From contig NW_024056007.1 of the NCBI RefSeq assembly GCF_902713615.1, forward strand, positions 62,001 through 118,699: a stretch of 56,699 bases of DNA, read 5' to 3'. Shown here in pieces: positions 48,216-56,699 of the stretch; the first letter of the stretch is position 1, and every line of letters begins with the position of its first letter. The notes beneath the pieces are model-generated. The model had not been told where the DNA came from. It did not search any database and saw only the letters and a list, made by a program, of their open reading frames with translations. The position numbers were made by a program, and so were the translations under genes. This DNA comes from Scyliorhinus canicula. Lineage: Eukaryota.

Positions 48216-48736
48216 TTTTATAAATTGTATGGAACAGGGATATGGATATCATACCATCTCCACGATTTCCAGCGCACCACCACGCTCCAATACAATTAGG
48301 GTTGTAACATACGCCTGACAACTCAGTCGAATGTCGCCTGCGACACTGAAATTCTTTGAAAGCGTGAACAAAATCCTGAAGCCCGAGGGAGAGTCACCGC
48401 TACTTGCAAGTGAGGCCAAGGAAATAGGAGAGTACAAATTGTCCTCGGAGGAAAATCAAACGGGTGCGTTCCGGGGTCAATCTGACCAGACAATGTTTCA
48501 TGTTCACGCTGCTCGTTAATTCCGTAGCCACAACCTCGGAATGGGCAACGTCTGTAACCCAGCTCCGGTAGTCACAATTACTGACAGCTAGTCCACTATC
48601 CACCTGTCTCACAGAGCCACTGGCGCTGTAGGAAGTGAGGTGACAACATCCTGAGAGATCCCACCAGGTTCCAGAGGGCGGGAATTAGAACAGATTTTGT
48701 CAAATTTCCAACTCGTTTTTCGAGCGGACAAAGACA

Positions 48737-49320
48737 ATGTGGATGTTCAGTCTCTGGGTAGTGTGAGGACCATTGCTGACAGGTAATTGGAGATTAAATA
48801 TAATGAGGGTTAATTATAATTGGGGATTAAATATAACGGGGGAGTAAATGCTTTTTAATTTTCTCTGATTTATCAAGCGTGGCTTATTCTTACACTATCT
48901 GGCCTGATCAGTTCCGATGCGGTTATTTTTTTCAGATTTCAATGATGGAGCTTTTGACTAATGGCGCTTTTTTCAGATTTGACAAATGGAGATTCTGTCA
49001 GTCAGCGGCTCCCCTTAGACAATAAGATAGAAGGAGAAGCGGCGACATTTACCTGTACATATGGTACTACTGGAAATAGATATAGGTTATTTTGGTACCG
49101 ACAGCGCCCAGATACACAGCCTGAATTCATCGTTTGGAAAAGCTCCTGGGGTTGTGAGTATAAAGCAGATTTTGTTACAACCCATTTTTCTGCTCAGCTC
49201 CAGAACGGGAATAAATTCACCAGTTTAACCGTATCCAGTCTGCAGCTGACTGACTGCCGTGTATTATTGCGCCTTCAGCCTCACAGTGATAGAAACCATT
49301 CTCACTGCTGTAGTAAAACT
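48737..49320 (+). pseudogene. TCR Valpha/delta pseudogene with leader (48737-48782, in-frame TGA) and V exon 48977-49281
   Basis: MWMFSLWVV*GPLLTG|gtaatt; GDSVSQ..ATFTCTY..LFWYRQ; 2-nt loss before AVYYCAFS; CACAGTG-23-AGTAAAACT. Confidence 0.88.
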
Positions 49321-50764
49321 CTGGGTAGGAGCTGGTATTTGCGGCGGGCTATTTAGAATCGCGGACAAATTCAGACACACAGAGAAGAGGCGCCATCAGC
49401 CGCTCAGACACACCGGGAGAGAAAACCAAATAAACCTCGGATCAAACTGTCAGTCAACAGTTATTCGAAGCGGCTAAGAATGCAAACTGCACAAGCCAAT
49501 GGTACAGAGGCACAGCATAGAACCATATCTGAAATTTTACATTCTCACGCTCACCCTCAGTAAACCTCCGGCCTGTGAGACCGGTTGGGGGTGGGCTAAA
49601 TGTTAATGAATGGAAATACCTGGGCTGCAGTCAAACTCCGCACAGAGGGAATGGATCTGCGGTTGCAGACTGCAATGGTAATGAAAACCTGGTCTTTTCA
49701 TGAGCGACGGTTCAAGCAATAATATAAATACATAGTCTTTCGATTCAAAGTTATTGTCGCTTACAAAAACATTTTAAACGCAACCGGTGCAGCAATAACT
49801 CGCAAACAATTCCACATTAATTTGAGAATTCAGTGTTTGCAGTGACACTCCTCATGTTGACATGATCACTGCTGCAGATCGATCACGAAGGCACGTGGCA
49901 CTGGAGAATGCTAATCTTAACTCATCAATTCAGAAATACCGAAACGTCTCTATTATTTTCTTCACAGTTAGCCGGCCACTCCATTTTTTGGACCCCGTCA
50001 CTTCAATCAGATTCCATTGCCAGTAATGACCAACAGTTGCGTAAGCAGCTGTCCCCTATCTCAGTTCCAATTTTACATTTTACAGAACTATATCTGTGTA
50101 CAGTTGCCGCACTGCTACTGTTGAATGTAAGGTTGGATTCAGGATTCAGTATCAATTCCGATGGTAATTTGGGCATTTAGTATATAGATTTTATCACTTC
50201 CTGTATCTTCGCCAACGACATGATTCATTGATTTCTCTCTCTGAACCTTAGTTTCTCTCACTTTTCCGTCAGTCACTCTGTGACTCTCCCATCCCTATCT
50301 CTATCGAGGCCTTTCTATCCACCCCGACCGCGGGTCTCTTGTTGGGTTACAGGTATAGGGTGGATACGTGGGTTTGAGTGGGGTGATCATGGCTCGGCAC
50401 AACATTGAGGGCCGAAGGGCCTGTTCTGTGCTGTACTGTTCTATATTTATATAGAGTCATGAACAGTGGTCCCAACATGGATCTATTGGGAACACCACTG
50501 TCGACCATCCTCGAACGATAGACTGGTGGCCATCAAGCCATTTTGTGGGTAGTGTCTCTGAAAATGTGACGAATCTGTCCCACTCTCTGTTCTTTTCCAA
50601 TAGTCATCCAAATCTTTCTTTATTGAGTGAAAGTCAAAATCACTTTGAACTTTGTTATTTTATCAGCTTCCACCAATCGTTCAGACAATGCGTTCCAGAG
50701 CATCTTTGAGTTCAGCATCAGGAGCTTGCGTTTGTTCTCCACGGCTCCACTGATAAAACCAAGG

Positions 50765-50885
50765 AACCCATAAGCGTATTCCCGTACCAGCCTCCCCGGA
50801 CAGGCGCCGGAATGTGGCGACTAGGGGCTTCTCACAGTAACTTCATTGAAGCCTACTCGTGACAATAAGCGATTTTCATTTTTAT
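50765..50885 (+). mobile_element. SINE 3' portion
   Basis: cccgtaccagcctccc.gacaggcgccggaatgtggcgactagggg tail. Confidence 0.7.
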
Positions 50886-51049
50886 TTCAAAAGTAAACAG
50901 TTTGATCAATTTGCCCCGTCACAGTTGACGTTTTGTGTACATCCACTGCCAGGCCATTTTGTTGTTGCACTGTTTAAAATTGTACCATTTATTTTATGTT
51001 ACCTATCCTCATTCCTCTTTGAAAAGTCCATCAGTGCCTCTTCCGAAAG

Positions 51050-51135
51050 TTCTCTCTCTCTCTCTCACGCACGCACACATTCACTCTCTCTCTCTCTCTC
51101 TTTGCCTCTTTCTTTATCTTTTCTTTCTCTCTCAC
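51050..51135. repeat. (TC)n/(CA)n microsatellite
   Basis: Direct reading. Confidence 0.85.
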
Positions 51136-51424
51136 ACACGAGCACAGTCTCACTTTCAGCAATCGTCTTCTGCTGGATGAAAGAAAACGAACCAATCAGT
51201 GAGATCAAGGTGAAAGAAACAGGTAGACAGAGGAAGAGGCAATGACACGGGTGACAGCTGAAATTCAAGGAAGGAATAAGATCAGTAATGTAAAATATGC
51301 AAATGTGCACTGGTTCAGAACAATAAGTTTAAACTTGAGACTCAAAATAGGACAGAACTCATTATTCAGACAATGACCATCAATTACACTGGAAGCTGAC
51401 CAATGTGACAGACTCCAAAATCAA

Positions 51425-51655
51425 TTAGAAGAGAAAATGCTGGAAAATCTCAGCAGGTCGGGCAGCATCTGTAGGGAGAGAAAAGGGCTCACGTTTCGAG
51501 TCCAGATGACTCTGTCTCAGTGCTTTGACAAAGGGTCATCTGGACTCGAAACGTAAGCTCTTTTCTCTCCTTACAGATGCTGCCAGACCTGCTGAGATTT
51601 TCCAATATTCTCTGTTTTGCTTCCAGATTCCAGCATCCGCAGTAATTTGCTTTTC
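51425..51655. mobile_element. Long hairpin element (Penelope-derived/MITE-like)
   Basis: ggaaaatctcagcaggtc.ggcagcatctgta.ggagagaaaag...ctcttttctctcc.tacagatgctgccagacctgctgagattttcc arms. Confidence 0.75.
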
Positions 51656-51879
51656 TCCAAAATTAATTAAGTGGTCTCCTAATAGCTAACGTAAGTATAG
51701 GAACATTTGGGGGTTATTCGAGTGATGAATCAGTATTGGGCAAATAGCCGTTTTCATTTACCATGGCATGTGATTTACTGATTGATTGGCTGCAGTGGTC
51801 ATGTATCCATGTTGAGTGAGAGCCTCTGTTGGCTGTGTGTAGTAAATGGTCTTTTTTCTCCAGATCCACTGAATTCACT

Positions 51880-52215
51880 GATGAACCATAGAATCCCTTC
51901 AGTGCAGGAGAATGCAATTCGGCCCATCGTGTCTGCACCGGTCCTCCGGAAGAGAACCCTTCCTAGGTCCACTCCCCTGCCCATCCCTGTAACCCTACCG
52001 TATCTGCACTTATTTGGCACGAAGGAACACCTTAGCATGACCAATTCACCTAACCTGCACATCTTTGGACTCTGGAAGGAACTGGAGCCCGGAAGAAACC
52101 AACACAGAGACGCGGATAACGTGTAAACTCCATACACCCTGTCACCCTCGGCCTGACTTGCACCCAATTGCATGGTGCTGTGAGGCAGCAATGCTAATGA
52201 CTGTACCACCGGGGT
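51880..52215 (-). mobile_element. HE1/V-SINE-like SINE
   Basis: catagaatccct tail to head. Confidence 0.8.
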
Positions 52216-52349
52216 TGAAGGGAGGGTTGCCATATTTCCTTATGGCACAAAGATAGGTTGGAATGTTAGACGTGTAAAGGACATGAGGAGGCTTCACAAA
52301 GATATACATTCAGTTTAGTGAATGGAAAAAGGTGTGGCAAATGGAGTGT

Positions 52350-52530
52350 AAACATCCGGGTTCTCCGGTTTCCTCCCACAGTCGAAAGCTGTGCAGGTTA
52401 GGTGGATTGGCCATGCTAAAGTCCCCTTAGGGTGGGGGATTGGGTCTGGGTAGAGTGATCTTTCAAAGTGCAGTTAGTGCAGACTCGATGGGCCGAATGG
52501 CCTCTTTCTTCACTGTAGGGATTCTATGCT
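52350..52530 (+). mobile_element. V-SINE 3' half
   Basis: Core and tail. Confidence 0.7.
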
Positions 52531-54064
52531 TCTTCTACGATTCCGGATGCATCCGGAATCGTAAAAACAATAAACAATATGTTTGAATGAATAAATGGCA
52601 TGTTGCCTGCAACAAATAAACAGAGAAAAGACGCAGAAGGACATTGAGTGAGTTTGAATAGAAATATACCTCTATTTGCAATTCGTGTTGAGAACATGGA
52701 AATACCTTCCGGTATGGAAATTCCTGTGTGTATTGAAATTTAATCTACTGCACGTTGAGACTGGAGATTAAGGTTCGGAACAATATAATGGTATAGAGGG
52801 GACATGAGGCAGAAATCTCAGTGTGCACTTGCACCTGATTTATTACAGTGTTTGATTGGGGAGAAAATTCTGTCATAATATGCTGGGGGCTTGATGTGAG
52901 AAGTATGGATGTTTCACTGACAGCGAGCATTATAAACGTTTCGACGTGCTAACCCACCAATTTAATTATTGCAGAAAGGGCATTTCAAAAATTCTGTTCA
53001 GGATTGGTCTAGGGCTCTGGTATAACGTCTACATCTGTCCCTCTGCTATAAATAATCCCCCAGGAGAGAGTGGCGAAGTCTACCCTGACTGAATGATTTT
53101 TTAACCCTGCAATGCCAGTGGTTAATCCAATGTCGAAATATGTCCACTCTGACACAGAACTACACCTTGCCTGGGTTTGAATTTAACGTCGAATGCGAGG
53201 AGTGAGTGGGGATTAAACCACTCCTCTCGTCAAGAATACAGGTAGTCATTAAGACACAAACCATTAAGCAGAGTGGGAGGACCCAGGGTTTACAATAATG
53301 TGGGCGAGCACTGTAATAACACTAAATGCAAATCGGGAACTATAAAAAGCCGCCATACCTCACAGCTGTATGCACTTGTTGGATGCTACATGAAGGGCTG
53401 CCTGAAACTTCTCATTTATCGCTTGTTCTTGTACACAAACAGACTCTCAACAACAACACATTTCTTTCTGAGTCCACACCGATATTCATTGATTCTGGAT
53501 CAGTTTACAGGTAAGAATACCATTATTTTAGTCCAAAACATAAAAGTTGAGAAGGAGTAGAAGGCGAATACTACTTTCAGCAGTTGAATGGGCCAAACTA
53601 GATTAGCTGCAAGGAAATTCAGAATTAACTGATAATGAACGATAATGCGTCAGTAAATATCTGGAACGATGGGATAAAGAACGGGTGTCGGAGCGAATGG
53701 TGCTGTGATCAGTAAATAAGCAGTGGCATTGAGGGACCAGGAGTGAATATAGGAGATTAGAGGGCTAGGATGGGGGATTAAAGAATTGGTTTGCGAGAGC
53801 AATGAAAGAGGAATGTGTTGACTGCGGAATGGAGAGCGAGGGATGCTTGAGTCGAGACCGGGGCTGTGTTAGTAACTTACTAACGGAGGATGACTGAACG
53901 AGGCCAGATGTTATTATATATATCCCACAGCACTGACCTATAAATACGATGGTTCATATATCTTCCTCAGAGAAAAGTCACTGATAGACACCAGACAGAA
54001 CAACAGATCCCAGCCAGAGTACAGACGTGGGTTCGAGGGAGAGTGGTCTCAGCTACACAGGATA

Positions 54065-54345
54065 CAGGACGGCACGGTGGCGATTGGTAGCACTCCTTCT
54101 TCCCAGAGCCAGGGACCCGGGTTCAGTTCTGACCCTGGGTGTCTTTCTGTGCGAAGTTTTCAGTTTTTCCGCGCGGGATTCCTCCGGGCCCTTCAGTTTC
54201 CTCCAACAATCCAAAGTCGTGCTGGTCCGGTGGGGTTATGAGTAAGGCGGGGAGTAGACCTAGGTAGGTTGCTCTTTCAACTGACCGCTGCAGAATCTAT
54301 AGGCTGTATGGCGTCCTTATGCACTGTCGGGATTCTATGATTCTA
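54065..54345 (+). mobile_element. V-SINE-like SINE
   Basis: ggcacggtggcg head, attctatgattcta tail. Confidence 0.75.
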
Positions 54346-54843
54346 TATCACGGTAAAAGAAGGGAGCTGCAATACACTGATGCCTTTATAACACATCTAT
54401 ATACTCTGGAGAGAGTAGGATTGAAAGAACAGTCGCTGTTCATATACCTAGCCTTGTAACCTATTAATATATCATTACTTTCATTCAATTAATACATTTA
54501 ATCATATATTCTTGTTGCAGGATTCAAGCTCCAATTTCATCAATGCATTTCTGAATCCTGAGGCATAGACATCACTCACATTTGTTGATATCCCACCAGT
54601 TTCAAAGAAGAACATCACGCAGTCTAAAGCACTGAGGTATAACTAAGATGTTGAACTGCGTCATTCAACAACAAATACCTTGAAGAGCACGTCCAACTGT
54701 TGTTCGCCAATCCGTCTTCTAATTTTCCCAATTTTTATTTGACAACCTATATTCTCATTTTCCCAACTGATATTCTACAATCTATTTGCTTATTTCCCCG
54801 CGTTACAGATCAGCAGTTAAAAAAAATCTGATCAAAACACCAA

Positions 54844-55809
54844 ATGGCTACATTTGTTACCTGGAATGCAACAGTCAGTCGACACTGGACAGGGGTCAAC
54901 TCATCCAATCATACTGTAAATGCAAGTCTTGGGATCCCCGAAGCAGTAGAAACGTTCGTCCTCCCTTGTCTTCTGAGCTTCACTGTCGTGTTGGGCATTG
55001 TTGGGAACTCTATTTCATTGTGGCACATCACAAGATTAAAGAAAGTTTCATCAGCAACTGATGTTCTCCTGTTTAATTTAACCATCGCCAACGTCTTTGT
55101 TATCCTGGCTTCAATATTTATTCTTATTCACTTGATCCCAGCATGTAAGTTCATGAAGTCGCTTCTTGACGCCCAACTTCTGATCGGTTTAGTCAACCTG
55201 TATGGCAGCCCATTATTCATGTCCTGCATTGCAATTGACCAGTACATCGCGGTTGCCCATCCCATTAGGTCTCATGCTTGGCGAAGACCCCGATACTACG
55301 TCGCCCTGTCCATTGTAGCATGGCTGGCAGTGTTATCCCTGAGTCTGCCGGTCTTTCATTTTGACAGAAACGCTGCAGATGAAAACATCTCCAGCGAGGA
55401 TACGATTATAACGAGGAAATCCTGGCAAATCTTCATGCTATTTTGTGAAGTTATATCATTTGTCATCCCAGTTCTGGTCCTGTTGTTATGCTATGCTCTG
55501 ACAATAAAGAAGCTGATAAAAGTGGGAGCTGGGAAGGAATCCATGGAGCTGATGAAGACGAAAGTGCGAAGGAACATTTTAGGCATTCTGGCTCTCCTGC
55601 TTTTGTGCTTTGCCCCTTTTCACATTGCAGAACTGTATTTTATGAGTGCGGTTCTGATAGATCCACTGAATCGAATGTCCGCTTTTTATCCGTGCCATGT
55701 TAAGATTTACACTTGGGCCCTCACTTCCTTTTCTGCTTTCCTTAGTCCCATGCTGTACGTTTTCAGGTCCCAGAACTTTCAATGGAGAGCACGTTGCTGC
55801 GTCGTGTGA
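54844..55809 (+). CDS. Intronless class A GPCR, P2Y/LPAR-like orphan, 321 aa
   Basis: Seven hydrophobic segments; GIVGNS (TM1), VNLYGSPLFMSCIAIDQY (TM3), CFAPFH (TM6), SPMLY (TM7); N-glycosylation sequons; ttacag acceptor (AG at 54807-54808) just upstream. Confidence 0.9.
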   Translation: MATFVTWNATVSRHWTGVNSSNHTVNASLGIPEAVETFVLPCLLSFTVVLGIVGNSISLWHITRLKKVSSATDVLLFNLTIANVFVILASIFILIHLIPACKFMKSLLDAQLLIGLVNLYGSPLFMSCIAIDQYIAVAHPIRSHAWRRPRYYVALSIVAWLAVLSLSLPVFHFDRNAADENISSEDTIITRKSWQIFMLFCEVISFVIPVLVLLLCYALTIKKLIKVGAGKESMELMKTKVRRNILGILALLLLCFAPFHIAELYFMSAVLIDPLNRMSAFYPCHVKIYTWALTSFSAFLSPMLYVFRSQNFQWRARCCVV

Positions 55810-56699
55810 CACGATGAAGGCTGTGACTATGTCATGATATTGACAGCGTCTGAGTTGCAGATTAATATCACTTTCACCTTATTTACAATACACTCGGAGA
55901 GAATGTAGAGTACAAACGGGACCATCTTGTTTGTCCCAATGAAGGAGACGCTATACCAATGAAAGCCAATCAAACTTTAACGCAATCTCTCCCAATTTAG
56001 CCATGTGTACAACCTGGTATATATTGCATGAATTGTAAATGCTGTTTGTTCATGCACTCGCTATCTTTTAATTCGTTAACTCCTCTGTCTATGTATATAT
56101 TTCTATCTGCGGATCACACTCTATATCTTTCACTGCGTATTCGTCAGACATTTTCCATGTTTCCATCCATCATTAAGTGCCCAATTATCACTGTATCTTA
56201 TCGTCAGTCCATCATTTCTGCGTGTATCAGTTTCTCCAGATACGTACCTAACTTTATATCGATGTTTAGCTGTCTACCCGAATGTCGCTACTGCATCTAT
56301 CAATATCGCTGTCTCGCTTTCGCTCCATGGAAAGAATATACTTGCAGACCCGGTCACCCAGAAACCTCTACAATCGTTCCGGACTGAAAGCAAAAACAAA
56401 AACACATTGTGTTGCGATCCCGAAAACCCTCTACATTGACGACGCCATGTTATTCAGCCACATGGACTGTCTCTCCCATGGCTGTAACTTTGTCACCCTA
56501 AATACAAATGCCACGAAAACTATGGCCATGGGAATAGGTGTCGCATGTCTAAATAAGAGCTCACTTGAACTGATTCTGTAATTCTGCTACCTAGGCTTCA
56601 CGGCTGCAGTCCCTTGATGCACAGCTCGAGGTCAGCATAGGGGAACCCTAGCCACCTTTGGCAGACTTAAGAATGTGCATGCGATAAGACCAAACCGAC

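Overview
Eukaryotic (cartilaginous fish, probably catshark-like; inferred from repeat families and gene content) genomic DNA from a T-cell receptor alpha/delta V region, heavily filled with retroelements (CR1, L1, Rex1, HE1/V-SINE, Deu-SINE, Penelope-derived hairpins). The core at about 27-37 kb (minus strand) is an NAR-TCR module. It contains (i) a VNAR-like V with a 12-RSS facing a J with a 23-RSS and no D between them, (ii) a fully open, already joined VNAR V-D-J exon with no RSS, and (iii) an apparently leaderless supporting Vdelta whose 23-RSS has been amplified into a 61-bp tandem array with nine heptamer-plus-nonamer signals. Five conventional TCR V segments at 40-49 kb are all damaged. 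Also present: a GPR139-like pseudogene, decayed GPCR remnants, an intact atypical P2Y-like GPCR ending in a CaaX-like motif, and a near full-length L1 with an 18-bp TSD. Repeat boundaries are approximate (read by eye). Some indels may be assembly errors.
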